Source: a virus
Lineage: Duplodnaviria; Caudoviricetes
Strand: one strand, 5' to 3'
Virus record (IMG/VR): IMGVR_UViG_3300020470_000014
Location: 1 to 52,772 of that record
Length of the DNA stretch: 52,772 bases
Positions 20,901 to 32,500 of this stretch are shown here, piece by piece. Position 1 is the first letter of the stretch. Each line of letters opens with the position of its first letter. The notes under the pieces were generated by a model. The model searched no databases. It saw nothing but the letters and a program-made list of their open reading frames with translations, and had not been told where the DNA came from. The position numbers were made by a program, and so were the translations under genes.

Positions 20901-23900
20901 TCTGAAGTTTGCATTATCAATTTTCTCAAGTACATGTTGACCATCACCAAATTGTACAGACTCCATTCCTGCAGCTTGCACATAAGGAATAGGATATCTA
21001 AATGCACGTTGTACTGTACCACCTCTATTGTAATTATGAGGTACTGTAGATGGTCCAACTTGAACTGTAAATGTAATTCCACTACCAACTTTCTTAACGA
21101 ATGCTCCGTGTGCAGCAACATCACGTCCACTAGTAGAATTATTCTGTTCTCTTGGTGCTAAAATTGCACCCTGAATAGTTCCACCACCAATGTAATTTGA
21201 AGGTGTGGTAGAAGGACCAACATTAATCTCAACTACAGTATTACTGGTTACTTTAGAAATTTGAGCAGAATTGAAATATGGATCTCCACCTTGAGGATAT
21301 CTGTGTTCTGTAGCGTTTCCATCTTTTGTACATGTGAATACAAGAGACTCTGGTAAAATCCTTACAGGATTTTCTACAACCAATCCATGACCAGCTCCAA
21401 TAGTCAGATCCATTAAACCTGTTGTTGGAGAATATGTTGCTCCAGTAACGTTATGAGAAACTGATGTGGTTGGTCCAACATTAACTGTAAAAGTATTTGT
21501 AGTTGTAGCAGCAATTGATACACGACCTGCAACTGTAGCTGGATCTGTTTGTCTGGGATAAGTATGTTCTGTTTGGTGATCGTCCATACCACAGGTAAAG
21601 ACAAACCCATCAACAGCAAGTCTAATTGATGTGCCAGTTCTCAATCCATGAGGTTTATCAGTAGTGACTGTCATAATTCCAGTCGCTGCATTATAATCAG
21701 CACCAATTGCTTGTGAGAACGTGTGAGTAGAAACTCCAACGTTTACAATAAATTCATTTTCACTGGTTGCTGCAATACCGATACGGGTATTGGAAATAGG
21801 ATCTGTTGATCTAGGATAAGTGTGATTAGATCCATGATTATCCATATCACAAGTGAATGTGAAGGAGTTATCGGTGAACCTAACAGATCTAGTAGTATCT
21901 AAACCATGACCAGCAGCAATAACTGTCAACTGACCTGTTACTGGGTTATAAACTGCATTTGTTGGTTGGATGTATGTTGTTGTAGTAACACCAACTTCAA
22001 TTTCAAAAGTATCTAATGTTGTAGCTCCAATAGAAACACCTACACCAGAAATAGGATCTGTTGATCTTGGATATGTGTGTTCTGTTGCATTATCATCTTG
22101 AGAACATGTGAATACAAAAGAGTTATCCGTAATTCTGATATGTGATCCCGTAAATAGTCCATGTCCTGGCGAGGTAATCGTCATGATACCTGCAACAGGA
22201 TTATAAACTGCATTAGTTGCTGTCTTATAGACTAATGGAGAAGCACCTACATTAATCTCAAATGCATTCTGACTTGTACCAGCAATCGCAACATTAGTAC
22301 CATCAATAGGGTCACCTGCCCTAGGATAAGAGTGCGTGCTATTATGTCCATCAAGTTCACAAGTAAATACTAAAGAATCTCTAGTGACCTTAATGTGTTG
22401 ACCTTCTTCCAATCCATGATTGGGGAAAGTGATGTTTACAATACCAGTCTGACCATCATAAGTTGCATTTGTTGGTTGTAGATAAACAATCGTGGAGATA
22501 CCAACTTGAACTTCAATCTGCGTTGAAGAAGGAACAGCAGCTACAGGAACATCAAGTTGTCCCTGACCAATTGGGTCAGTTGATCTTGGATACGCATGTT
22601 CAGTAGCATTATTATCAAGAGTACAAGTAAAGACCAGTGAAGAGGTCTTGATACCAATGGTACTTGCAGTGGTAAGTCCGTGGGGATTTGCAAATCCAAG
22701 AACTAAAATTCCAGTATTAGGATTATAAGTTGCACTATTGGGAGTTATGAACGGTCCACTATACCAAGAGTTGCCAGTTACAATACAACCAGAGTTTTCT
22801 GCACCAGGCACAAATGTATGGTCATAACCACCACCAGTAATAATTGCGGTAGCACCAGCACTGACAAAAGTATGAGCATAATCACCACCAGTAATAATAG
22901 CAGTAGATCCTGCACTTACAAAGGTATGTGGATATTCTCCACCTAAGATGACTGCGGTCGCTCCTGCACTTACAAATGTATGGGAATATTCACCACCTTT
23001 AATAATTGCAGTTGCAGCAGCACTAACAAAACTATGAGGATAATCACCACCAGAAACAATCGCACCAGTTGTTGCAGATGCAAAAGTATGTGCATATGAT
23101 TCGTTATAAGGAGAAATACCAACATCCAACTGAATAGTAGTTGCAGATGTACTTCCGATTCCTACGGCAGTATTATATGCATCATCTCTATGCCTTGGAT
23201 AATAATGAATAGATGCACCATTATCAATATCACAGGTAAATCCGAGTCCAGTTAATACTACATTTCCTGCTTTACCACCTTCAGTATATCCATGAGGAGT
23301 TGCAGTGGTAATAGTCATAATACCACTTATATTGTCATAGACGGCAGTAGAGATACTATGAGAGGGAGAATAATCACAAGTAAATGCAATTCCACTAAGA
23401 ACAATGAAATCTCTTTCGGAAAGGTTATGATTCCTTCTTGTTGTAACAGTGGCAATACCAGTTACATTATCATATGTAATATTGGCGAACTTTAACGGTT
23501 TAAGTTGTTTCGTTGTCATTGCAACACCAGTTGCAACAACAAATTCATCAGTATCTACACCATGAGAACCAAATGCCTGATATGTACCCGTAATGAATTG
23601 GTGGGTATGAATTCCAAGAGTTGAAATACCAAGATTAACACTAAAGTCAATATTGTTATTTCTAGTAACTTCAAAGAACGCCTTTTCATTTAAAGGATAT
23701 GTTTTATCACCATAAGGAGTGCTAAATCCAATACCAGCAAGTTTAACAACATCTCCAGTTGATAACCCATGAAGATATTGACTTTGAATAGTTGCAATAC
23801 CTGTAGATGCGGTATAGTAGACGTTTGCAATGGTAGTAACAACACCAACTGGGTCTCCATGTGCTGTAATAGTAGTTACACCACTTGAAGCATCATAATC

Positions 23901-25472
23901 AACATATGCTATCTTTTTAGGAATAAAATAATTTGAACCAGCATCTAAAATTTCAAATCCAGTGATAATACCAGCCTGAGCCTTAGTTACAGTACCACCA
24001 GTTACATAATTATGTGCTAAACTATTAATACCTACAAATGCAGTGAATGTATCAGTAGTTGTATCTAAAAGATCAAATCCTACAAGATTTCTACCTTCAA
24101 GAATATTTGTATCGATACCAGATTTTACAGTACCTCCACTAGCATAATCATACGTTGTAGTTCCGATACCAGTGTTAATTTCAAATTGTTGTGTGCTTGC
24201 AATAGAAACAATTTCATAACCATCTTCTCTGAAGAGGGTGGTGATACCTGCACCATCAGTTACAGTAAGACCTTCTATAAGGACATGTCTGTTTGCATTA
24301 GCACCTGTTCCAATGTAGTGACCATCATCACAAGTAACTGTAGTAACACCAGTAGTAAATGTGTATGCAAATGTTGAAATATTTCTAGCAGGTAAACTTT
24401 GTACTACTGTAATTCCTGCACCAATAACTCTAACTCTATCACCTTCAACCAAATTATGAGCAGATGACGTAGTAAACGTCATGATACCCAACTGATGATT
24501 ATAAGTTGCGGTTGAAATAGCAACTGTTGTAGTAGTATTGACACCGAGATATGCAGTAGCAATTGCACCACCACCCTCAGCAGATGTTATACGAACATCT
24601 GGAGGGGTTCTATACCCCTGCCCACCGCCAGTTAGTTCAATGATACTAACATTACCACTAGAGTTAATACCGACCCTGCCAGAACCCTTTAATGGATAAT
24701 AGAATCCACAACCTGTCTGTAGTCCAACTCTCTGGATTCTTCCAGCTCTAGGAACACCACTTAAGAAGTTAATATCGTTTGACTCTTTATCAACAATTTC
24801 AAAATCCAAACCTGGAGTTTGAATAACGTTATTGATTAGAATAAATGGATTATTACCAATGTCAGAACCAGCGTTGACACTATTGAAGAGTGAAGTAACA
24901 ATTCCCTGATTCTCACTGAGTGCAAATTGTGTTCCAGCAACACCTGTAAAATCAAGAGAAATATCGTCAAGAACAACGTTATAGTCACTAGTTTCATATG
25001 GATTGAGTTTCCTAGAGAACATTCTTCCAGAGAATGTTGATCCAGTTTTCAATCCTACTGGGCCCTGTTTTCCATATGGAGGTGCAGAGAAATGAATCTC
25101 ATCATCAATAATATTAAAATCACCAGTAAAAATTGAGGAAACTCCTGCAGTATGAGCAGCAGCAACCGTTCCAAACACACCTCTTTCAATACTTACTGAT
25201 CCTGAGGTGGTTGTAGAGAATACTGGAAAATATCCAGCTCCACCTTTAAAAATAACAATCTCAGTAATACTACCAATACCAGTATTATCAATAACTGGAT
25301 AAAATACACCTTCAACACTAGGTGTCTGTGTACCTTCTACAGTAATCTTTGGCGGATCTGTGCTGGCATATCCCGATCCTCCTACAACTACATCAATCTT
25401 TTCGATACCGTAGGAAGAATTAAAAAACGGTTTAAGGATTGCACCGCTGCCAGGAGTAAGTCTCGTTGACAT
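17994..25472 (-). CDS. Baseplate wedge initiator gp7-like, C-terminal part (2492 aa), with nested Cys/His repeat domains and a beta-propeller segment
   Basis: C-terminus YGKYSWGRI...GLSTAAQIFRTRPL and internal LDDISLDF / FIYINDILQ.PG motifs of cyanophage gp7; lies directly upstream of gp8; GGAGG RBS. Confidence 0.8.
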   Translation of the reverse strand: MSTRLTPGSGAILKPFFNSSYGIEKIDVVVGGSGYASTDPPKITVEGTQTPSVEGVFYPVIDNTGIGSITEIVIFKGGAGYFPVFSTTTSGSVSIERGVFGTVAAAHTAGVSSIFTGDFNIIDDEIHFSAPPYGKQGPVGLKTGSTFSGRMFSRKLNPYETSDYNVVLDDISLDFTGVAGTQFALSENQGIVTSLFNSVNAGSDIGNNPFILINNVIQTPGLDFEIVDKESNDINFLSGVPRAGRIQRVGLQTGCGFYYPLKGSGRVGINSSGNVSIIELTGGGQGYRTPPDVRITSAEGGGAIATAYLGVNTTTTVAISTATYNHQLGIMTFTTSSAHNLVEGDRVRVIGAGITVVQSLPARNISTFAYTFTTGVTTVTCDDGHYIGTGANANRHVLIEGLTVTDGAGITTLFREDGYEIVSIASTQQFEINTGIGTTTYDYASGGTVKSGIDTNILEGRNLVGFDLLDTTTDTFTAFVGINSLAHNYVTGGTVTKAQAGIITGFEILDAGSNYFIPKKIAYVDYDASSGVTTITAHGDPVGVVTTIANVYYTASTGIATIQSQYLHGLSTGDVVKLAGIGFSTPYGDKTYPLNEKAFFEVTRNNNIDFSVNLGISTLGIHTHQFITGTYQAFGSHGVDTDEFVVATGVAMTTKQLKPLKFANITYDNVTGIATVTTRRNHNLSERDFIVLSGIAFTCDYSPSHSISTAVYDNISGIMTITTATPHGYTEGGKAGNVVLTGLGFTCDIDNGASIHYYPRHRDDAYNTAVGIGSTSATTIQLDVGISPYNESYAHTFASATTGAIVSGGDYPHSFVSAAATAIIKGGEYSHTFVSAGATAVILGGEYPHTFVSAGSTAIITGGDYAHTFVSAGATAIITGGGYDHTFVPGAENSGCIVTGNSWYSGPFITPNSATYNPNTGILVLGFANPHGLTTASTIGIKTSSLVFTCTLDNNATEHAYPRSTDPIGQGQLDVPVAAVPSSTQIEVQVGISTIVYLQPTNATYDGQTGIVNITFPNHGLEEGQHIKVTRDSLVFTCELDGHNSTHSYPRAGDPIDGTNVAIAGTSQNAFEINVGASPLVYKTATNAVYNPVAGIMTITSPGHGLFTGSHIRITDNSFVFTCSQDDNATEHTYPRSTDPISGVGVSIGATTLDTFEIEVGVTTTTYIQPTNAVYNPVTGQLTVIAAGHGLDTTRSVRFTDNSFTFTCDMDNHGSNHTYPRSTDPISNTRIGIAATSENEFIVNVGVSTHTFSQAIGADYNAATGIMTVTTDKPHGLRTGTSIRLAVDGFVFTCGMDDHQTEHTYPRQTDPATVAGRVSIAATTTNTFTVNVGPTTSVSHNVTGATYSPTTGLMDLTIGAGHGLVVENPVRILPESLVFTCTKDGNATEHRYPQGGDPYFNSAQISKVTSNTVVEINVGPSTTPSNYIGGGTIQGAILAPREQNNSTSGRDVAAHGAFVKKVGSGITFTVQVGPSTVPHNYNRGGTVQRAFRYPIPYVQAAGMESVQFGDGQHVLEKIDNANFRVQSGILTSPWYFSKGGTVERPITLDVHEPPGYFALPLVYNPNATGLTTTGIGQSAIVDVRINVDGNIGEFDITEEGVGYKVEDGLTVAGIVTDPRVGVHTDFQLEVIEIGNDKFFGFYPGQFVLFDDIAPFFNGSRTKFTLSVTNAGVTEILSLKTIEGSDMDVTNNIFIYINDILQTPGEAYTWKGSRVIFTEAPKPGSKCSVFYYRGSSIDVEEIEPIPTVQPGDEIQIKENKLDVLDRDQFPRTTKRIVASDMLETFTYDSLGISTDQDAERPLSWVKQKSDKIISGVYYSKDRLNYKSKITPATRIIKNVGSTDDQIWVQNAFPVFSEVDLLTEQDRHIQIFEEREIDPAIITATVSTSSSISALSIASSGAGYLNVTNPDILVSSSKITKKDPMKDWKFDVITGDIGSADLREITQSEPIIAVGTSSRYINTLSGFFWERGVVGFGGTTTLNAVATAKDVTYSPNHQVMIVGEYASAARAVSYGDTVGQFEELQLLEQRQIPSIGVSVDYPTTFSREFNDVIWDNTAGSWIAIGFGGSVFTGVGIGTTTLYSQFSGTLETLHGIVYAQDEYVAVGNGGAIISSNVGKIWNLKTSNTNKNLRDIMYDGSRFIAVGDNGTIVTSTDKNFWFPFSDNLPAGTTAAATFDFEKIRYDDGLYVGITTVGELYYSLDLANWNYRDNGQSQPVGDLVFSNFGLDGRLLVVGGSGTAYYAEPVLNRATATCAVTNGGVSTAIIVNGGFGYDVGSNPPVVVGSDVPKKETVYSFKTEGDFGRIVGMSTFVTGIGFSVPPKLEFYLKSEFNDNTNLGYGFSSLNTFGINNSQLQIGDYFIIYDSPVTVGHALTGISTHVGGYNNYPTNKVGIISAGEKLNGLFQVDKVSVPDTVSGIVTVTCSFQPGPNSNSQIQVGIGTTAISDYYGKYSWGRIYDFQNRISGNPENFIVNPDAGLVGLSTAAQIFRTRPLT
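22790..23105 (-). repeat. Tandem 54-bp (18-aa) repeats GGxYxH(T/S)FVSAxxxAII
   Basis: Six consecutive units visible in the translation of the 2492-aa ORF. Confidence 0.9.
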
Positions 25473-25482
25473 TTATTCCTCC

Positions 25483-26502
25483 TTAAGAAATATTGAGAGA
25501 ACTGCTGCAATAGACTCGTGTTAATCCTGTTCCATCCCTAACGATACTGAATGACAGAATATCTTCCTGATTCGTTGCAGGAGGCGGATTACCACCAACC
25601 CATCTAATACCACCAGCAATAGGACTTCCATTTACTGAACAGGCATCTCCATAAGTAGATGATTGACCAGCATCATTAATAAAAGTAACCGTTGTTGCTT
25701 TACTATTCAAAGTGGGAACATTAATAAACGACCATGTACTTACAGATGTCGTTAAACCACCCAATAAAACAGTTCCTTGATTTACATCAACAGTTAATGT
25801 TCCACCAATTGCAGTTAATGTTGTATTGAAATTATTGACTACTTTCTCAGTAATAGATCCATTTAAGTGACTCATACCAGTGTGAGTTGTCACACCGATT
25901 AGTTCCGCATCACCAGAAACAACTAATTTGGAAGTGGGAGCAGTAGAACCAAGGCCTACTTTTCCACTTGAAGTAATAACAAATGCAGTATCATCAGTTC
26001 CAACCTCATCAGAAACTTGGAATCCATGCCCAGATGACTTGGGAACTGCATGAATTGTTGGTCTTTCGTTAGAATAAGAAGTTACTTGGAGTTGAGACGT
26101 TGGAAGAGATGTGCCAATGCCAACAAAACCATCTTTGATTCTAAAAATAGTTTTTGCAAAACCAACTGCAATCGTTGTATCTACAGGAGTTCCACTCTCC
26201 TGAATAATCATTCCTTCAGTAAAATTGGCAAACTGTGAGGTAATAACACCAGTAGTATTAATACTAATATCTCCAGTAACGGAAGACGCAGTTCCAGCCA
26301 AAACCGACGTGGATGCAATACCAGCATTGGTAGAATATCCAGCGGTAGATGCAAAGGAAACGAAACTTACTAAATTCGTACCATCACCGAACTTATCGTA
26401 AATGTCATTAAAGTTCGCATTGATCTTTAATGTAGCATTTAGTAATGTATCTCCTGTGCCATCATTCGGGGCTGCGCCCGTACTAATACCCTGTTTAGCC
26501 AT
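25483..26502 (-). CDS. Short tail-fibre-like protein with gp9/gp10-type N-terminus (339 aa)
   Basis: MAKQGISTGAAPNDGTGDTL..KINANF N-terminal motif; two GxVGIG(T/S)xxPTSxLxV fibre repeats; C-terminal W.GG..P....DILSF domain. Confidence 0.8.
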   Translation of the reverse strand: MAKQGISTGAAPNDGTGDTLLNATLKINANFNDIYDKFGDGTNLVSFVSFASTAGYSTNAGIASTSVLAGTASSVTGDISINTTGVITSQFANFTEGMIIQESGTPVDTTIAVGFAKTIFRIKDGFVGIGTSLPTSQLQVTSYSNERPTIHAVPKSSGHGFQVSDEVGTDDTAFVITSSGKVGLGSTAPTSKLVVSGDAELIGVTTHTGMSHLNGSITEKVVNNFNTTLTAIGGTLTVDVNQGTVLLGGLTTSVSTWSFINVPTLNSKATTVTFINDAGQSSTYGDACSVNGSPIAGGIRWVGGNPPPATNQEDILSFSIVRDGTGLTRVYCSSSLNIS

Positions 26503-26523
26503 TATTCAAATGAACTTTTCTGT

Positions 26524-26531
26524 TATTTATA
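26524..26531 (-). promoter_or_regulatory. T4-type late promoter TATAAATA
   Basis: Exact motif just after the stop of the 3059-aa ORF and 22 nt upstream of ATG 26502. Confidence 0.8.
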
Positions 26532-26532
26532 G

Positions 26533-29500
26533 TTAATATGGAGGGTTATCATCCATCGTAACTGTAGAGTTAGAAACTCTGGTTACTGTGGAGTTTGCCC
26601 TATTCCTATCATAATAGAAATTATTGTCAACTGTACTGTTCACTTCAGCGGTTCTAGAAGATACAAATGTACCGTCACCGATAAAGTTTACTTTGATAAA
26701 TTCATCATCTAATCTAAGAACATCTCCAATGGAAACTGATCCAATACCAGATGTAATAGAAAGGGTTTGAGAAGTTGCATTAATTCCATTACCCGTCGTA
26801 ACGTTTAATTTCTTATTACGAATAGGACTTTGTACAATACCATCAACGAGAATCAAAGCATTCTCATTTGGATTCTCATACCTCAATGTATGTATTCCAG
26901 TTCCAAGTGTCTTCATATCAAAAATGATAGAAGTCGAAAGTCCAGTAAACCTGATAGTAACATCATCAACTTTCTGAACAAACACTTCATCTGGCATAAC
27001 GTTAGATCCCAACTCAGTTGGAGTAAGGAATAAGTTATCCGTAGGTGTAGATCCACCAATATAAGTTCCTGCAATAGAAATTGTGTTGGTTGCTGCATAT
27101 CCAGAACCACCACTCAAAACTCGAACTGCACTAACATCGAGATTAACATCTCTTTCTACTTCAAAGATTGCACCAGATCCAGCACCATCATTAGTTCCTT
27201 CTAAGTTGGTATAAACTGTTTGGATACCAACTCTTGTACCAGAAATCTTAGTGACGGGGAATGTCAAATCATTTGCTGGACTTGCACCACCAAGATGAGT
27301 ACCTGCAATACTTACATTATCACCAACATAATATCCAGAACCACCTTCTCTCAATACTACATTAGTAGAAATTGGTTGACCTGTTCCAGTGTCATATGTA
27401 ATCATTACGGTAAATGTTGCACCAGTACCCCTAGTAGAAATGCCTGGGAAACCAGTTCCAAATCCAAACTGTTTAGCACCCACAATTGGATTAGCAACTG
27501 TAGAAACACCTGTTACTGGCCCACCAACTTCAAAGTTAATTCCATTTTCAAACATGGAACTTCCACCAGCACCAGATACTCCCATAAGGATGTGTCTGTT
27601 ATTAGTTGTATAAGAAGTTGTTGCAACACCAATAGCGGTTCCACCACCTCTATCCACAAGTAGTCTTTGTCCACTTTGAAAATTATGGTTCTGAATAGAA
27701 ATTGTATTATTTGTAAGATCAACTACTGAAGAATCTGAAGAATCAAATTGTTTCTTAAATAAAGGAACTCCACCAGTTCTAAGTGGGAAATTAGTTTTAC
27801 CAAAAAGATTACCAGATCTATCTAACTGACCATCAAAGTCATTACTTACATCATCAATTTTTAGAACCTTATTAGTCTTGTTTAAGATATAACTCTTAAG
27901 AGGTCTTCCTTCGGGGAAGAATACTCTTTGAACTCCACCATCTGGCAACGGATCATCTTCGGTAACCATTGCAAAGTTACCTCTAGTTCCAAGATACGTT
28001 TCATTATCAATGTTGATAATTAAATCAAGTTTTGGTTCTACAGTTTGAACTTTCATGTTTGTGGACTTAGCAAGTCCAACAGAAACATAACTGTTTGTAA
28101 TCGCATCTTTCTTAGGATCACCCACAATCTCCAAATCGGAGAATTCTCTGAATCCTGATGGATGAACAATAGATCTTACAGCCTCTCTCCACTTCGAGTA
28201 TGAAATATTACTCTTGATAGAGTATGAGAATTTTTGGTAATAGAAGTTATCAGAAACTCTTTGAAGATAGTTATTGAGAATACCTACAGATTGATCAACC
28301 TCTCCCACCTTTTCTCTAGAAATACCAAGAGAAGTTCTAATATTGAATCTATTAACATCTTCTACTCTACCAGCAAGTTTAGACTGTTCCCCATAAACAA
28401 TATCTCCAACTCTAAGTTCACCTTGACTATCGGTTAATCTCAATTGATTAAGTTCTACATCCCAACCATTTTCAACAACTCTTGCCTCAAATTTAGGTGA
28501 AGTAATTCTTTCACCAGAGAAAAACTTGGCATCATCAATCAATCTCATTTGGAACTTGGCAAGATCCTTAGCATTGGAAATATATCCCAAAGTAAAATCA
28601 TCGTCATAACTACCAAGTGTACCAGTTGCAATACCAGCAACACTGTAAGTAACTCTAAAGTTTATTTCATCAATTGCGGTAACATCAAATTGTCTATAAC
28701 CATAGTTTTCGGAGTTAAAGTTTAACTCTCCAGCTGCAAATGAAGCTGGTGTTAATCTACAACCCTCAACATAAACTTTATCGCCAACTTTGAATGGAAA
28801 CTCGATATCAGTTGAACCATAACCAGTTGTAATTGGTCTATAGAACTGTTGATCTAATAAAAGTTCTACAGTTACACTATCACCGCTATGAGTGATTTGG
28901 TCAATATCGTACCCATTAGTATTTCGAGTAGGAACGATTGTTAAAGGAGCATCAAATTCAAAAGCATTTGTAAGAACTTGAACTCCAACAACAGAACCAC
29001 CTTGAACTACAGCTTGAAGATCAATCTTATCGTTTCCAAGAACTTTTAAATTTGGTGGTTGATGATAGTTCACACCACCATCCGTTACTAGAACATCTTG
29101 AATCCTAGCAATGCCACTAACATCAATAACTGTAGGTACACTTAAGAATGGTAATAATGTAGGATCCGTTGGATAATCAAATCCATCTTTAATTCTTTCG
29201 GTAGTCTCAATCTTACCAATCTTATCTGAATTGATCTTAATTACTGCATTCTTTCCTTGTAAGGTATCAAAACCAATCACTCTAGGAAGTTTATTATATC
29301 CTTTACCTTCGAAGTTAATCTTAGTTCTAGCAATAGGACCTAATGCATCTAAAGAGTTAGTCTCATAAAAGACTGTTGTTAATCCAGAAGTTGTTGTAAA
29401 CAACTCAGCACTGGTTGGTTGTTTCTCAAGATTGAATGAGAAAGTATTTGCATCAGCAACAAGAACTTCATGATTATCTTCTAGAATACTAGATTCTACT

Positions 29501-32500
29501 GTGATGGAATTGAATCCTCTAACACTACGATCAGTAGAAACTTGATTTTTTCTTTGGTCAGTAGGAACAATGGGTGTTAAAGTATAGAATGATTTCCTAG
29601 GAAAATCACCAACAGTTTTGATTTGAATATTTGCACCAACTTGGCCAGGAATGCCATCTCTAATTAAATTAAATGCACCAGAAGATCCATTAACATCGAG
29701 TTTCTTTCTAAACTGTAAATCCTCAAAAATATCTAAACGCATATCTGCAAGACCAGCGTCAGAAACATCAATCTTAAGAATATTACCTTTACTGACTCTG
29801 ATAGGTGGATTAACTTTTGCTAAATCATAAGAACCTGCAGGCATGGCAGTAATGCCAATACCAGTACCATTTTTAACATCGGCAGCAAACTTACAAAGTT
29901 TAATTCTGTTAGAACTTTCCCTAAGAACGAAGTAAACTTCATTATTATCAAGTTCAGTAATATTATTTCCGTTTGCATAATAAACAACTTTATCACCACT
30001 CTTAAATGATAAGTCTGGGAAGAAGAAACTACTATCAACAGCATCAAATGTTGTACTAGACCAAGATACTTTATTGGTAGTAATTTTTCTTAAAACAGGG
30101 TCATAAACAATTTTTGCATTCTCTACTACAAAAGGAACTGCTTCAAGAGAGACTCTATTACCAGTTTTCAATCCATGAGGAGATCCAGTAGTAATTTTAC
30201 CTCTGAAACTTTGAATTGTACCTGTAATTCTTGGGTTCGTTGTGGTAAATGAATGTGCTAAACCAACTGGTTCTGCAATATTGTACCAATATACTGCATC
30301 TGACATTGTTGGGAATCCAACTGTAGATATACCCAAATAATCAACACCAAAGTTAATAGCATATACATCACCACCATCTACGAGATTTTCAGTACCGATA
30401 CCACTAGTAGAACCTGCAGAAGTCTTAGACCATGTAAGAGACGTGCCACCAAGACCAACATTATATTTGATTTTTTGACCTGTGGTGTAAGGATGGTCTT
30501 TGATATAAATTTGTTTCTCAGGAATTACTCTAGTGAACTTAGTTTGAGTATCAACCGTTCCAATTCCAGTTGTTGTTAGTTCAAAAATAGAACCTGTGCT
30601 TCCTACACCAACTGCATATCTTGGGTCAAAGAATAATACCTTATTATCAAATCCAAGGTAATCAGAACCTTTACCAGTATCATAAGTGAACCTAGTGGGT
30701 TTCAGTTCAACTGAAGAACCCTTCACATGAGTTTCAGCAACTCCTACTTGTCTATTAACTCCTAATCTAGAATACTCATTATCTACAAAAGTAACTCTCA
30801 GTACCTCTGTACCAATACCAATAATGTCGTTAACTTCAAATCCACCAACGTCAGTAACTGAAATGAAAGTTGTAATACCAGTTGCAGAAATTTGATCCAA
30901 GTATTCAGAAAGAGCTACCTTTCTGTCTGCAACACTTACTGTATATGCACCTTCAATATCAGAAAGGACTGCTGTAGATACACCACTCGCAATAATAGTT
31001 TCACCATTAAGTAATCCATGGGGTTCTTGTGTTCTACCATAAACAAGGTTTCCTACTGGTCTTAAATCAACATTATTAAACGTTGAAACTCCTACAGAAA
31101 TTTCAGAAACATTTTTACCAAGAACATGAGATACAACAATATTAGTTCCTGTTCCGTTTGTTCCAGCATTATCGAGGTTTAATTTATCACCAACTCTGTA
31201 ATCTTCGCCAGGAGAGAAAATAGTTGTAGAAGTAATACCTGCACTTTGAATCTGAGTAACTTTAAATTCTTGTTTAAATGAAGAATCTACTTTATCAATA
31301 AGATCGTAAATGGAATTTTCATAATTTGTGTAATATGGACCGATGTTTCTAGTAATTCCAAGTTTAGTAATATCTTGATCTTGGTTAAAATCAGCAGCAA
31401 AGTTATCTTTAATTGGAGTATCTTTAAAATATCTTCCAATGATATATGGATATTTTGGTTCAGCAACACCACTTGAGTCAACATCAATTGCATAGAAGTA
31501 CGCATATGTTCCATCAGGGAACTGTGGGGTTACACAATACCTGCCACCGAACTCGTCAAGGTCGCCAGATCCGTTATATTCGTAATCATCAGTAAAGTAT
31601 CCAGGCGAATACCCAGGCGGTCTTAGGCCTACCTTAGGTGCAGTATTGAGGATGTAACTACTTGTAAGTCTCTGTACAGGTCCACCAGTAGATCCAGAAA
31701 ATCCGTAAGGTCCGTATATTGGATTGCCATCATAAGCATATCCAAGAATAGGAGAGTGTTGTGGATTGTTGGTAAGTTCAAGGTTACCAGAGTCAATATT
31801 GTCACCAACTTGGAATCTTAGTCTATTAGGAGGATAGATGCTAATAAACTGAAGACCAAGTTCTTTGTTAGTATTTGGTTTTGTTAATGCAGCGTCTTGA
31901 GTATTAATTAAATTTCTACTCTTAACTTCCTGATTAATTTTCCATTCATGCACATTACCAATAAACTTAGCATCTCTACCACGGTTCTGTAAAACCATAG
32001 TAGTTGTTGCAGGGTCATAATTAACTCCACCATCAGTAATTCTTACACCACTGATACTACCAGTATCTTCATTAATGATTGGACTAATATCTGCAAATTC
32101 ACCATCACCATATACAACAATATCAGAATCTTTTCTGTAACCTCTACCAGATGCAAGAATTTGAACATCAACAATAGAACCCTCTACCAAAATAGGTTTA
32201 AGCAAGGCTTGGAACTGTACAGTTGCAATACCTACATTGGGTCTTCTATGGAAGTTTAAAATATTAGTACAACCATAACCTGCACCACCTTGTTCCAAAT
32301 AAACACTTTCAATACTTCCAAGAACAACAGGTTCTATAGTGGGACTAGTAACAGAAGTAGAACCAATACCAGAAAGTGTTTCAACCTTAATTTCAATAGG
32401 AGGATACTTAACAATGTGAGTACCACTTCCTACACCAGAAATTCTAGTAATTTTTCCAGACTTAAAGTCAGTATCATCTCTAGTTGTTCCAATACCAGCA

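Noticed and set aside
25472-26533. Intron, intein or assembly frameshift explanation for the gp7 break
   Set aside because: The insert encodes a coherent fibre-like protein with its own late promoter, the downstream ORF has a GGAGG RBS, and no homing endonuclease or group I core motifs were seen.
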